Positions 12,007 to 23,162 of a stretch of DNA of 64,000 nucleotides are shown in pieces; position 1 is the stretch's first letter, and every line of letters begins with the position of its first letter. Both the position numbers and the translations under genes were made by a program. This DNA is from an uncultured Clostridia bacterium. Lineage in GTDB: Bacteria > Bacillota > Clostridia > TANB77 > CAG-508. The notes beneath the pieces were generated by a model that had not been told where the DNA came from, made no database searches, and worked only from the letters and a program-made list of their open reading frames with translations. Where the stretch lies: positions 17,792 through 81,791 of the forward strand of contig CANRGE010000003.1 in assembly GCA_947630065.1 (NCBI GenBank). Reading direction: 5' to 3'.

Positions 12007-12957
12007 TCAATTATTCTTACTTATTTCCTTTATATATTCACTATCTTCTATTTTTGATATAGCAAAACATCTCTTTCCTAAATCTTTTAATGACGCTCCT
12101 ATGTGGTACAAATCTTTATTATCAATTATCATAAATCTATCATGGAATTTATTTGTATATGCTAACTTTAATGTTGGATATTGTTTATTAAATTTTTGTA
12201 TATCTAATTTTCTTATATTACAATTTTGAGATGTTAATATTACAACTTCTACATCTTTATTTTTCTTTGCTAACATCTTTAAAATACTATCATCTATGTA
12301 ATTATCTATAATTAAAATTTTATTTTCGGCAGTTTTTATAATATCTACAATTACACTATAAGCATCATATATTTGTCCATCAAAAAATATTTTTTGTTTG
12401 AATTCTTCTTGTTTTTCTTTTTGTAGTTCATCAAAAATTTTTTCAAAGTTCTTTTCATGATTTGAGAGTTTTCTATCTTGATCTATTAACTTACATTCTA
12501 TATTTGATAATCTATTAAATATTTGCCCATTAGATAATATAAATTTTCTCATCTCTACAAAAGCATTGATAATATTAATGCTTACTTGAATCGCTATTTC
12601 ATTTTTTAATAGTCCTGAAAGCATTGCTATTCCTTGCTCAGTAAATACATATGGAATGTATTTTCTATGTTGTCCTCTAGCTTTTTTGTTTAAGGTCGCA
12701 ATTTGCGACCTTAAAGATTCTACTTCGTATTCTGTCAATTTAAAGCAAAAATCTTCTGGAAATCTATCTTGGTTTCTTCTAACAGTTTCATTTATTCTTT
12801 TTGTATCATAGTTATACAGCATAGCAACATCACTATCCAACATTACTTGTTTTCCTCTTATTGTATAGATTAAACTCTTGATATTTTCTGTATCATAATT
12901 TTGTATATTGGTTTTATTATTAGTTACAATTACATTATTTTCTTCTATAAAAATCAC
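12007..12957 (-). CDS. ORF6N-domain (phage antirepressor-like DNA-binding) protein
   Basis: The motif KYIPYVFTEQGIAMLSGLLKNEIA matches the ORF6N/KilA-C-type domain. The tandem paralog immediately upstream is 75-85% identical. Confidence 0.55.
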   Translation of the reverse strand: MIFIEENNVIVTNNKTNIQNYDTENIKSLIYTIRGKQVMLDSDVAMLYNYDTKRINETVRRNQDRFPEDFCFKLTEYEVESLRSQIATLNKKARGQHRKYIPYVFTEQGIAMLSGLLKNEIAIQVSINIINAFVEMRKFILSNGQIFNRLSNIECKLIDQDRKLSNHEKNFEKIFDELQKEKQEEFKQKIFFDGQIYDAYSVIVDIIKTAENKILIIDNYIDDSILKMLAKKNKDVEVVILTSQNCNIRKLDIQKFNKQYPTLKLAYTNKFHDRFMIIDNKDLYHIGASLKDLGKRCFAISKIEDSEYIKEISKNN

Positions 12958-12990
12958 TCCTTTTATTGTACTGTTTACAGAAATTCGTTT

Positions 12991-13956
12991 TTAACTCATT
13001 AATAATATTTTTGATTCTATTTTTTCAATATATTCTTCATCTTCTATTCTAGAAACTGCAAAACATTTCTTTCCTAGGTCTTTTAATGAAGCTCCTATGT
13101 GGTACAAATCTTTACTATCAATTATCATAAATCTATCATGGAATTTATTTGTATATGCTAACTTTAATGTTGAATATTGTTTATTAAATTTTTGTATATC
13201 CAATTTTCTTATATTACAATTTTGAGATGTTAATATTACAACTTCTACATCTTTATTTTTCTTTGCTAACATTTTCAAAATGCTATCATCTATGTAATTA
13301 TCTATTATTAAAATTTTATTTTCGGCAGTTTTTATAATATCTATTATTAGGCTATATGCATCATAAATTTGCCCATTCAAAAATATTTTCTGTTTAAATT
13401 CTTCTTGTTTCTCTTTTTGTAGTTCATCAAAAACAAGATTGAATTTTTCATCATGATTTAGTAATCTTGCATCTTGTTCTAACAATTTACTTTTTATAGT
13501 ATTTATGTCTTGAAATACTTGTCCATTTAATGCTATAAACCTCCTCATTTCAACAAAAGCATTCATAATACTAATGCTTACTTGGACCGCTATTTCGTTT
13601 TTTAATAATCCCGAAAGCATTGCTATTCCTTGTTCTGTAAATACATAAGGCGTATATTTTCTGTGCTGTCCTCTACCATTTTTGTTTAAGGTTGCAATTT
13701 GCAACCTTAAAGATTTTGTTTATTCTTCTGATAATTGAAAACAAAAATTTTCTGGAAATCTATCTTTATTTCTCCTTACAGCAAGGTTAATATACTTTGT
13801 TTCATAATGATATAACATAGCAACATCACTATCTAACATTACTTGTTTTCCTCTTATTGTATAAATTAAATTCTTAATATTTTCTGTATCATAATTTTGT
13901 ATATTGGTTTTATTATTAGTTACAATTACATTATTTTCTTGTTCTATAATAATCAC
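12991..13956 (-). pseudogene. ORF6N-domain paralog interrupted by an in-frame TAA (split into 13720-13956 and 12991-13704)
   Basis: Alignment to 12007-12957: ...CFKLTEYEVESLRSQIATLNKKARGQ versus ...CFQLSEE*TKSLRLQIATLNKNGRGQ. This is a same-length substitution that creates a stop just upstream of the conserved palindrome. Confidence 0.5.
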
Positions 13957-14065
13957 TCCTTTTATTGTGCTAATTATAGAACATATGTTTTCATTTTGTC
14001 AATAATATTTTTATATTTTCTTTTATTTCTATAAAAATATAATGTTTTATTGAAAATGATATATA

Positions 14066-14237
14066 GAACAAATCTCGCTTCGCAAGACCTTTTCTCTACA
14101 TCTTAAAGTTTGCTATCTAAATTCAAGGTCTCAAAGAAGCGTAAAGATTTGTTGACGCGAAAATTTACAAAGTAAATTTTCTGTGCAATGTTATTTTTTA
14201 TATAATAGGAAAGTAGAACTTTCCTATTATATAAAAA
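14066..14237 (+). repeat. dispersed ~170-bp intergenic repeat, copy C
   Basis: Same consensus with a CGCAAGACC variant. It is followed at 14238-14265 by the hairpin GAAGTCGCAATTGCGACTTC plus a T-run. Confidence 0.9.
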
Positions 14238-14272
14238 GAAGTCGCAATTGCGACTTCTTTTTATGTAATGCT

Positions 14273-14611
14273 TTAGCCTATGACTCTTTCTAATTCTTCA
14301 CACATTTCAAATATTTCTTGAATAGCCATTTCTTCAGTCCTTTTTTTTAATTTTCGAAGAGTTTCTTCTGGATTATTATTTGCTCCTGGTTCCATTTCCA
14401 CAGAATGATTTGAACTTAATGCAGTTAATATTTTTGACGGAATATAATATTGTTTTGTTGTTAAGTTAACTAGTATATCTCCATCATACCGCCATACATA
14501 TTTTTTCTCATCTGGTATAAACAGATTTGTTATAGAAGAAAGTTGAAATATTATTTCTTCTTTTTCATTTACAAATCTCTTGTTAAAACTTAAAACTGTT
14601 TTTCTTGTCAT
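14273..14611 (-). CDS. hypothetical protein (112 aa)
   Basis: ORF with no recognisable family. Confidence 0.35.
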   Translation of the reverse strand: MTRKTVLSFNKRFVNEKEEIIFQLSSITNLFIPDEKKYVWRYDGDILVNLTTKQYYIPSKILTALSSNHSVEMEPGANNNPEETLRKLKKRTEEMAIQEIFEMCEELERVIG

Positions 14612-14634
14612 ATGTTTACCTCCTTAGAAAATAG

Positions 14635-15066
14635 TTATATGTTACCTATTACCCATTTATTAATTTGTTTGTATTTACGTATACATTTTATTGTATACTT
14701 TAATCCTGCAACAGTCCAAATCTGGTAATAATCTACATATAGTTCTTCCTTTTTTCCCTGTTTAATTAGTTCCTTTATCTTATCTTCTCTTGGATACTTT
14801 TCTAAGTCATGATGTGCTCTTTCAATTGGTTTCCAATTTTTAGGACCTCCATCTACACAAATATCCATTCGATTTAATGGATCAGAACTAATCATTTCTG
14901 CAAGTGCTAGCGGTATTCTTCCTGAAAGTTCTACATACTCCCTGTCTTTTCTGTGTTTGAATAGAAAGCCATATAGCCTCCGTTCATTTTGAATTTCAAA
15001 AATTTTTTCCTCCTCCATTACTTCTTCAAATATTTCATTCCAATCTTCCCAATATTTTGTGTTCAT
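14635..15066 (-). CDS. hypothetical protein (143 aa)
   Basis: ORF with no recognisable family. It is co-directional and tightly spaced with 14273-14611. Confidence 0.35.
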   Translation of the reverse strand: MNTKYWEDWNEIFEEVMEEEKIFEIQNERRLYGFLFKHRKDREYVELSGRIPLALAEMISSDPLNRMDICVDGGPKNWKPIERAHHDLEKYPREDKIKELIKQGKKEELYVDYYQIWTVAGLKYTIKCIRKYKQINKWVIGNI

Positions 15067-15239
15067 AATGCTACCTCCTAAGATATAATATTAAAAAGTT
15101 TGTAAATGTTATTAATACTACTTAGTATATATTTTATATTAACATAATTTGTTTCCGTTTTCAAGTAAGCACACGTATGCATAATATAATTTCAATCTTT
15201 ATAATTATTTAGACTTTTTACTAATACATATTCATATAT

Positions 15240-15956
15240 TTAAAATTTTAATAAATACATATCACTTTTATTATTTTCTATAATCCAAAATTTATTTTTT
15301 CTAATTTCTTCTATTTCTCCTTCTGTTATTTCTACACGCTTGTAACACATTTCATATTCTTCTTTATTTTTCAATTTTTTAGTAGTAAACATACATTTTT
15401 TCACACATGCATTATTGTTTTTAGCTGTTCCCATTATGCTTCCTCCATATGTACCATGTGCAGTTAATCGTAAGTCTATCATTATTTGCACTTTTTCATA
15501 TCTTCCTTCATCTCTGCCTGTTAAATTGATATATGCAATTTTATTGCTGACTTCTAATGTTCCATCATATTTATATGCATAATCATCCTCGTCTTTTGTT
15601 ATTGCATTATACATAGTTACATTTGTACATCCTATTCCTTTTGATATTTCTATTCTAGATTCTATTAAATTATTATAACTAATGTAATAAAGATAAATTA
15701 CATCTGTATTAAATGGATTTATATTTTTTTCTGGTTCATTTAAATCTGAATAGTTACATAATTGCTCTATTTTTATATCTAGAGCATTACATATAGATAA
15801 AACAGTTTCTATATCTGGAATAATTGTACCTAATTCATATTTATTAACTGTCGGTCTAGATTTGCCTATTTCATTTGCTAAATTTTCTTGTGTCATTTTT
15901 CTTGATTTTCTATATTCTGCTATTCTTTTTCCAAAGTTTTCATTTATATTATACAT
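15240..15956 (-). CDS. XRE-family HTH regulator with an uncharacterised Cys-containing C-terminal domain
   Basis: The N-terminal HTH_3 reads RKMTQENLANEIGKSRPTVNKYELG. A full-length paralog lies on the mobile element at 46061-46765, sharing the C-terminal pattern GG..GT...C..KC.F..K.L. Confidence 0.7.
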   Translation of the reverse strand: MYNINENFGKRIAEYRKSRKMTQENLANEIGKSRPTVNKYELGTIIPDIETVLSICNALDIKIEQLCNYSDLNEPEKNINPFNTDVIYLYYISYNNLIESRIEISKGIGCTNVTMYNAITKDEDDYAYKYDGTLEVSNKIAYINLTGRDEGRYEKVQIMIDLRLTAHGTYGGSIMGTAKNNNACVKKCMFTTKKLKNKEEYEMCYKRVEITEGEIEEIRKNKFWIIENNKSDMYLLKF

Positions 15957-16040
15957 GTCCTATTCTCCTTTTCCAATATATGGAATTATATCATATATTA
16001 TAGCATTAAAGCAAGTCTTTAGGCGACTTGCTTTATGTGT

Positions 16041-18644
16041 TTATGATGCACTTTGTTTTAATTTTACTAATATGTTTAATGCTTCTATTGGTGTAAGTTC
16101 ATCTAAGTTTATCTTATCTATTTGATGAGCTATTTCTGCTAATTTATAATTATACATATCTAATTGCCCTTCTGGTTGTTTTTTATTAGAAATAGTTTTA
16201 TTGGTCATTATATTTTTTCGTTCTAGTGATTTTAATATTTCGTTTGCATTTTTTACTACTACACTTGGAACTCCTGCTAATTTTGCTACATGTATACCAT
16301 AGCTTTCATCTGTACCACCTTCAACTATTTTTCTTAAAAATATTATATCTTCTCCTTTTTCTTTTACTGCTATCGAATAGTTTTTAACTCCTTCTTGTTG
16401 GTTTCCAAGTTCTATTAATTCATGATAGTGTGTTGCAAATAAAGTTTTTGCTCCGCATTTTTCTTTATCTGCTATATAAGAAGCAACCGCCCATGCTATA
16501 GATAATCCATCATAAGTTGATGTTCCTCTACCTATTTCATCTAATATAATTAAACTATCACTTGTTGCTTCTTTTAGTATTGTTGCAACTTCCATCATTT
16601 CTACCATAAATGTACTTTGTCCCATGCTCAAGTCATCTGATGCTCCAACTCTTGTAAATATTTTATCTACAACACCTATTTTAGCATAAGATGCTGGAAC
16701 AAAACTTCCTACTTGTGCCATAAGTGTAATTAAAGCTACTTGTCTCATATATGTAGATTTACCTGCCATATTAGGTCCTGTTATTATAGAAAGTCTGTCT
16801 TCATTTTTGTCTAAATATGTATTATTTTCAATGAAATTTCCCATTCCCAACATTTTTTCTATAACTGGATGTCTTCCATCTTTTATATTTATTTGTCCTT
16901 CATTATCTACTATTGGTCTTGTATAATTTAATTCTTCTGCTACAGTTGCAAAAGATGTTAAAACATCTAAATTAGAAATTATTTCTGCTGCTTTTTGTAT
17001 TCGTTGTATTTCTTTTGCAATTTTTATTCTTATTTCTACAAATAAATCATATTCTAGTGTTATTAATTTTTCTTCTGCTCCTAGAATTGTATTTTCTAAT
17101 TCTTTTAGTTCCTCAGTTATATATCTTTCCGCATTTGTTAATGTTTGCTTTCGTATAAATCTTGTAGGAACCATGTCTAAGTTTGATTTTGTTATTTCAA
17201 TAAAATATCCAAATACTTTATTAAATCCTATCTTTAAGTTTTTAATTCCTGTTTGTTTCTTTTCCTTAGTTTCTAATTCTACTATCCATTTTTTACCATC
17301 TGTTGTTGCTGTTTTTAATTTGTCTACTTCTTCATTATAGCCTTTTTTTATTATTCCTCCTTCTTTTACTGATATAGGAGGTTCTTCAATAATAGCTTTA
17401 TCTATTAATTCATATATATCTTTTAATTCATCAAGATTTTGATATAATTTTTGTAGTTGATTAGACTTTGTTCCAGATAATATTCTTTTTATTAGTGGTA
17501 TCTGTCCAACTGAATTTTTTAAAGATATCATATCTCTAGCATTTGCATTTCCATAAGATATTTTTCCTATTAGTCTTTCTATATCATAAACTTTTTTTAA
17601 TGCTTGTATAACATCTCCTCTTAACATAACATTATTTTTTAATTCTTCGACAGAATCTAATCTCTCATTTATTTCTTTTATATCAATTAGAGGGTCATTT
17701 AGCCATCTTCTTAGGTTTCTTCCTCCCATTGATGTAGTAGTTTTGTCTAATACCCATAAAAGAGTTCCTTTTTTAGATTTATCTCTCATTCTTTCTGTAA
17801 TTTCTAAATTTCTTCTTGCGTTTATATCTAATGCCATATATTTATTTGTGCTATATATTTGTATTGTATTAATATGTTCTAATTTCGTTTTTTGAGTTTG
17901 ATTTAAATAGTTTAATAATCCATTTATTGCTGAAACACATAATGTATAATTCTCAAGATTTTCTATTTGCTTATTTTGCTCATATACTTTATATTCCATT
18001 AAAATATTATTTGCATCATCTCCAAAATTTTTTGAGTCTATTTGAGAAATATATAATCCAAATCTCTCTTGTATTTTATTTATTTCTGATTGAGACGAAT
18101 ACATAAAATCATTTGCAACTATTTCTGCAGGTCCAAACCTAGATATTTCATCTAATAACTTTTCAAAATTATTCTCATTATCTATTTTAGCTGAATAAAA
18201 TTCTCCTGTAGAAACATCACATACTGCTATTCCAAAATATAATCCTTTTTTATAAATAGACATTATATAATTATTTTTCTTTTCATCTAATAGATTTGAT
18301 TCTATTACTGTTCCTGGCGTTATAACTCTTATTACTTCTCTTTTTACAATCCCTTTTGCTTGTTTTGGATCTTCTACTTGTTCACATATTGCTACTTTAA
18401 ATCCTTTTTGTACAAGTCTTGCTATATACATTTCAGCTGCATGAAAAGGTATTCCACACATAGGAGCTCTTTCTTCTTGTCCACAATCTTTTCCTGTTAA
18501 TGTTAACTCTAATTCTCTAGAAGCATTTATTGCATCATCGAAAAACATTTCATAGAAATCACCTAATCTATAAAATAGAATACAGTCTTTATACTCTTCT
18601 TTTGTTTGTAAATAATGTTGCATCATTGGTGAAAACTCTGCCAT
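16041..18644 (-). CDS. mutS: DNA mismatch repair protein MutS
   Basis: MAEFSPMMQHYLQTKEEY...GDFYEMFFDDA mismatch-binding domain, Walker A GPNMAGKSTYMRQ, STFMVEMMEVA and DEIGRGTSTYDG. Confidence 0.95.
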   Translation of the reverse strand: MAEFSPMMQHYLQTKEEYKDCILFYRLGDFYEMFFDDAINASRELELTLTGKDCGQEERAPMCGIPFHAAEMYIARLVQKGFKVAICEQVEDPKQAKGIVKREVIRVITPGTVIESNLLDEKKNNYIMSIYKKGLYFGIAVCDVSTGEFYSAKIDNENNFEKLLDEISRFGPAEIVANDFMYSSQSEINKIQERFGLYISQIDSKNFGDDANNILMEYKVYEQNKQIENLENYTLCVSAINGLLNYLNQTQKTKLEHINTIQIYSTNKYMALDINARRNLEITERMRDKSKKGTLLWVLDKTTTSMGGRNLRRWLNDPLIDIKEINERLDSVEELKNNVMLRGDVIQALKKVYDIERLIGKISYGNANARDMISLKNSVGQIPLIKRILSGTKSNQLQKLYQNLDELKDIYELIDKAIIEEPPISVKEGGIIKKGYNEEVDKLKTATTDGKKWIVELETKEKKQTGIKNLKIGFNKVFGYFIEITKSNLDMVPTRFIRKQTLTNAERYITEELKELENTILGAEEKLITLEYDLFVEIRIKIAKEIQRIQKAAEIISNLDVLTSFATVAEELNYTRPIVDNEGQINIKDGRHPVIEKMLGMGNFIENNTYLDKNEDRLSIITGPNMAGKSTYMRQVALITLMAQVGSFVPASYAKIGVVDKIFTRVGASDDLSMGQSTFMVEMMEVATILKEATSDSLIILDEIGRGTSTYDGLSIAWAVASYIADKEKCGAKTLFATHYHELIELGNQQEGVKNYSIAVKEKGEDIIFLRKIVEGGTDESYGIHVAKLAGVPSVVVKNANEILKSLERKNIMTNKTISNKKQPEGQLDMYNYKLAEIAHQIDKINLDELTPIEALNILVKLKQSAS

Positions 18645-18743
18645 TTTTCTATCTCCTTTTCTATTTATATACATGTCATATTTTATCACATAATTGTATA
18701 TTTTGTAACTGTATTTATATAAAGTTTTTCTTTTTAGGAAATT

Positions 18744-20123
18744 TTATGAATCTATTATTTCTCCTTTTAAATACCACATATGCTGAGATAGTATTTTTAC
18801 ATTTATTGTAGTATTTATTAATTCATCATTTCCTTCGAAAACAACCACTTTATTTGAATCTGTTCTTCCTGTAAGCATATTAGAATTGTTTTTACTTTTT
18901 CCCTCTACTAATATTTTTTGTATTGTACCTATATATTTTTTATTGTTTGATTCTATTTGACTTTCTACTAATTCTTTTAATCTATTAAATCTTTCATGTT
19001 TTATTTCTTCTGGTATTTGATTTTCCATTCTATCTGCTGGTGTTCCTACCCTTCTTGAATAAATAAACATAAATACTTGTTCAAATTCTACTTTTTTTAC
19101 CACATCTAATGTATCTTTAAAATCTTCCTCTGTTTCTTCTGGAAAGCCTACAATTATATCTGTTGAAAATACAACATTAGGAATTAATTTCTTCATTTTT
19201 TCTACTAATTCTAAATACTGCTCTTTTGTGTAATGTCTATTCATTTTCTTTAGAACATTACTACTTCCAGATTGAAGTGGTAAATGTATTATCTTTGAAA
19301 CTTTTTCGCAGTCTTTTATTGCATTTATAACATCTATTGAGAAATCTTTTGGATGAGGAGATATAAATCTTATTTTTTCTATTTTATCTATTTTGTTTAC
19401 ATCTCTTAAAAGTTCTGCAAAGCCATAATTCTCTCCACCATTATAAGAATTTACATTCTGTCCTAAAAGAGTTATTTCTTTATATCCTTCTTCTGCTAGT
19501 TGTTTTATTTCGTTTAATATATCTTCCTTTTTTCTACTGCGTTCTCTTCCTCTTACATATGGAACTATACAATATGTACAAAAATTATTACATCCATACA
19601 TTATAGTTACTGATGCTTTCGAATTGTCAGTTCTTTTTATTGGTAAGCCTTCATAAATTTCTCCATCTATATTTATTATATCTTCTACCTTTCTTCTATT
19701 TTCTAATACTTTAAAAATATCTTCAGGTAATTTATGCATAGTATGTGTTCCAAATATAATATCTACATATGGGTAGCTATTATGTAATTTTTCTACAATA
19801 TGTTTTTCTTGCATCATACAGCCACCAATAGCAATAATTGTCCCGTTTCGTTCTTTTAACTTTTTCATTTCTCCTATTTTTCCAAATAACTTATCTTCGG
19901 CATTTTCTCTTACACAACAAGTATTAAAAATAGCTATATCTGCTTGGTTTACATTATTCGTAACTGTATATCCCATTTTTTCTAACATTCCAGCAATTTT
20001 TTCAGAATCATTTTCATTTAATTGACATCCCATTGTAAATATGTTATATTTTAAATTTTTTCCTTCATTAATACTTTTAATTTTATCTATAAAATTAAAT
20101 TGTTCTTTTATTTCTTCTTTCAT
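18744..20123 (-). CDS. miaB: tRNA-2-methylthio-N6-dimethylallyladenosine synthase
   Basis: MTTase N-terminal domain (FTMGCQLNENDSE), radical-SAM CxxxCxxC (CNNFCTYC) and a TRAM domain. Confidence 0.85.
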   Translation of the reverse strand: MKEEIKEQFNFIDKIKSINEGKNLKYNIFTMGCQLNENDSEKIAGMLEKMGYTVTNNVNQADIAIFNTCCVRENAEDKLFGKIGEMKKLKERNGTIIAIGGCMMQEKHIVEKLHNSYPYVDIIFGTHTMHKLPEDIFKVLENRRKVEDIINIDGEIYEGLPIKRTDNSKASVTIMYGCNNFCTYCIVPYVRGRERSRKKEDILNEIKQLAEEGYKEITLLGQNVNSYNGGENYGFAELLRDVNKIDKIEKIRFISPHPKDFSIDVINAIKDCEKVSKIIHLPLQSGSSNVLKKMNRHYTKEQYLELVEKMKKLIPNVVFSTDIIVGFPEETEEDFKDTLDVVKKVEFEQVFMFIYSRRVGTPADRMENQIPEEIKHERFNRLKELVESQIESNNKKYIGTIQKILVEGKSKNNSNMLTGRTDSNKVVVFEGNDELINTTINVKILSQHMWYLKGEIIDS

Positions 20124-20327
20124 TTCTACCTCTTTTTACTATTATGATAACACTGATTTTATCATAATAACTTGATTTTTGCAAATTAATGTTTCCTAAT
20201 AATACCAAATTTTCTTAGATAATAAATAGGAAAGCCTTAATGTTTTTTACTCTTGACTTTCCTAGAATATAAATAGAAAAAAATAAATAAAAAGACGTCT
20301 TATGACATCTTCTATAATTTTAAAATA

Positions 20328-20528
20328 TTATTGTATTCCATATTTTTTCTTAAATTTATCTGCTCTACCACCTGTTGTATTTAATTTTAAGTTTCCTGTC
20401 CAAAATGGATGACATTTTGAGCAAACATCAACTTTTATATCTTTTTTTGTTGAACTTGTTTTTAAAACATTTCCACATGCACATGTTATTGTAGTTTCGT
20501 TGTATTCTGGATGTATTCCTTCTTTCAT
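20328..20528 (-). CDS. rpmE: 50S ribosomal protein L31 (zinc-binding type)
   Basis: [20 protein letters not shown]...[10 protein letters not shown], 66 aa. Confidence 0.9.
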   Translation of the reverse strand: MKEGIHPEYNETTITCACGNVLKTSSTKKDIKVDVCSKCHPFWTGNLKLNTTGGRADKFKKKYGIQ

Positions 20529-20962
20529 TTATGCATTCACCTCTTTCTTATTCTTAAATACCTTAATTTTATTTAACACTTATTAGTAATAAAATAATAA
20601 GCGCGAATTTGCTATCTAATATATTAACATATATTTTTATTTATTTCAACCCTATATTGAAATTTTCTATTTTTGTTTATTCTCATTTAATATGTATTGT
20701 GCAGAAGATTTTAATTCTTCAACGAATGGTGTTTTATTTACAATTTTATACATAATATTAAATAAACAAGCTATTATTAAAATAATAAAACCTAGTTTTT
20801 TCCATATTCTAGCCATTTCATTATCCTCCACTTCTTTTTAACCTATATATTATTATATATAATTATTGAATTTTTGTCAACCTATTAAATTTGCGTATTT
20901 TTAGCATATTATTTGCATTTTAGGTAAAAATATAACTAATTTATAAAAAGGTTGGAGATTTT

Positions 20963-21595
20963 ATGAAAAAATTAACAAATTGTGTTATATTACTTTTTCT
21001 TGTTCTTATATTAAGTGGTTGTTCAAATGATAATCAAAATGATACTTCTTATGACACTTCCAGAACTAGTAGCAATTCTCAAGAAAACAATTCTATTAGT
21101 AATTCTATAGATAGCACTACAAAACCTCAACCAAAACAGGAAACTGAAATAGCTGTTTATTCTACAAAATTAAGTGGTAGAGATACTCCTAGAAGTCGAA
21201 ATATTATAATTACTAGTAATACTTTAAATGGAACAATTATTGAGCCTAATCAAACTTTTTCTTTTTGTGATATAGTAGGTGTTTGCACAGAAGAAAAAGG
21301 TTATGAAAAAGCAGATTCTTTTGATGCTGATGGAAAAAAAGTAAAAACTTTAGGTGGTGGAAACTGTCAAGTAAGTTCAACTATATATAATGCTGTATTA
21401 TTAATTCCTGAATTATCTATAGTTGAAAGACATGCTCATAGTGGTCATGTTGATTATGTGCCTGAAGATAAAGATGCAGCTGTTTCACATGGTAGTGTTG
21501 ATTTTAAATTTAAAAATACTCTTACAGTACCTGTAAAATTATATATTAACTCTGATTTAAATGGTGTAAATGTTCGCCTTGTTAGAATAGATTAA
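20963..21595 (+). CDS. VanW-domain lipoprotein
   Basis: Lipobox LSGCSN. The C-terminal GGGNCQVSSTIYNAVLL...VERHAHSGHVDYVPEDKDAAVS matches the VanW family. Confidence 0.6.
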   Translation: MKKLTNCVILLFLVLILSGCSNDNQNDTSYDTSRTSSNSQENNSISNSIDSTTKPQPKQETEIAVYSTKLSGRDTPRSRNIIITSNTLNGTIIEPNQTFSFCDIVGVCTEEKGYEKADSFDADGKKVKTLGGGNCQVSSTIYNAVLLIPELSIVERHAHSGHVDYVPEDKDAAVSHGSVDFKFKNTLTVPVKLYINSDLNGVNVRLVRID

Positions 21596-21632
21596 AGCAT
21601 TCAAAAACTATGTTTTTGAATGCTTTAATCTA
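21596..21632. terminator. bidirectional intrinsic terminator between the VanW gene and greA
   Basis: AAGCATTCAAAAACTATGTTTTTGAATGCTTT is a perfect hairpin flanked by A/T runs on both sides. Confidence 0.6.
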
Positions 21633-22106
21633 TTTTTTTATATCTAGTATTTTATATTTTATAATACCTGCTGGTGCTTTAACTTCTACTGTTTCTCCTT
21701 TTTTTGCTCCTATAAGAGCTTTTCCTATTGGTGATTCATTAGAAATTTTATTTTGTGATAAGTCTACTTCTGTTGAACCAACTATTGTATATTCAAAATC
21801 TTCTTTAAATTCTAAATCTTTAATTTTTACAGTATTTCCCACTTGAACTGTTTCTGTATCTATTTCTGATTCATCTATAATCTTAGCATATCTTAATTTT
21901 TGCTCTAAATTTGCTATTTTTATTTCATTTTCTGCTTGAGCATTTTTTGCTTCGTCATATTCTGAATTTTCAGATAAGTCTCCAAATCCTAGTGCTATTT
22001 TTATACGTTCTGCTATTTCTGCTCTTTTTTCTGTTCTAAGATATTCTAAATCCTTTTCTAATTTTTCATAACCTTCTTGTGTTAATAATACTTCTTTTTC
22101 TTCCAT
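21630..22106 (-). CDS. greA: transcription elongation factor GreA
   Basis: N-terminal coiled coil ([17 protein letters not shown]...) plus a C-terminal FKBP-like domain, 158 aa. Confidence 0.9.
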   Translation of the reverse strand: MEEKEVLLTQEGYEKLEKDLEYLRTEKRAEIAERIKIALGFGDLSENSEYDEAKNAQAENEIKIANLEQKLRYAKIIDESEIDTETVQVGNTVKIKDLEFKEDFEYTIVGSTEVDLSQNKISNESPIGKALIGAKKGETVEVKAPAGIIKYKILDIKK

Positions 22107-22241
22107 AATAGTTTTTCCTCCTTAATATATATTTTTACTATATATTTCTTGTGTTCACTCTATATTAAGATAATTATTTGTTTTTGTCAAGAGTTTTTAT
22201 TAATAATGGTCAAAATTGATTTATTGATAAAACCCTAAAAA

Positions 22242-23162
22242 TTAATTAAATTTATGTTTTGTAAATTCTTGTTTTTGTATTATTCCGTTTTTTCCAATTA
22301 AATTAATTATATTTAAATTACTTTCAACTATTTTTTTGTTATTAAGTGGTGCTAAAAAGCTTTCATATACTTCTTTTCTATCAAATTTTTCGTATAATTG
22401 ATATGGACAATTAATTTTATAATAATCAAATGAAATTTCATAGTTAAGTATATTTATTCCTTCAAAATATTTTGCATATATATTTGCTTTTTCCTTTATA
22501 TTTATTATTACAGCTTTAGGATTCATATTATACTTATTTATATCTTTTTCATTAAAATCTAAATTTAAAATAATTCTAGATTTTAATATTGACTTTTTCC
22601 TATTATTTGAAATAAGTATTGCTATTCCATATTTTTCATTTAATTCTTTCTCTAATTGTCCAAAATTTGTTATATTATTAGTTACTATAGATATTCTTTT
22701 TGATAAATTTGCTATATTCATTATAATTTTTTTATTATCTAGTGTTAAATTTTTTACTAAAATAGTGACATCTTGTGTACACAATTCCAAATTTAATAAT
22801 GTACATACATAATTTAAAATATTTATCATCAAATGATTGCAAAGTTCCTTTGACTCTATCTTTTCTTTTTTTACACTTTTAAATTTTTCCATAAATAATT
22901 TATTAGTTTTTAATTTTTTGGATAAAATTATTGTTTTGTTTTTTCTTAATAACTTGTCTATAATAATTTCAATTAAATACTTATTCTTCAATTCTTTGTA
23001 TGGTAATATACATATATTATTTTTATCTATTTTAATTAAACAAAAAATTTTTCTAACTAGATATATAATTTTTTTAATCCATAATGGCATTATTTTTTTA
23101 TCATCGATTAATTCATCTATATCCTCTAATTCCTTCACATAGATTGTACTAATTTTTCTCAC
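22242..23162 (-). CDS. hypothetical Lys/Ile-rich protein (306 aa)
   Basis: ORF only. Confidence 0.35.
   Translation of the reverse strand: MRKISTIYVKELEDIDELIDDKKIMPLWIKKIIYLVRKIFCLIKIDKNNICILPYKELKNKYLIEIIIDKLLRKNKTIILSKKLKTNKLFMEKFKSVKKEKIESKELCNHLMINILNYVCTLLNLELCTQDVTILVKNLTLDNKKIIMNIANLSKRISIVTNNITNFGQLEKELNEKYGIAILISNNRKKSILKSRIILNLDFNEKDINKYNMNPKAVIINIKEKANIYAKYFEGINILNYEISFDYYKINCPYQLYEKFDRKEVYESFLAPLNNKKIVESNLNIINLIGKNGIIQKQEFTKHKFN

Noticed and set aside
20690-20815. A 49-codon minus-strand ORF (MARIWKKLGFIILIIACLFNIMYK...) upstream of rpmE
   Set aside because: It is plausible as a small membrane protein but has no SD inspected in detail and no homolog. It was too uncertain to list as a feature.
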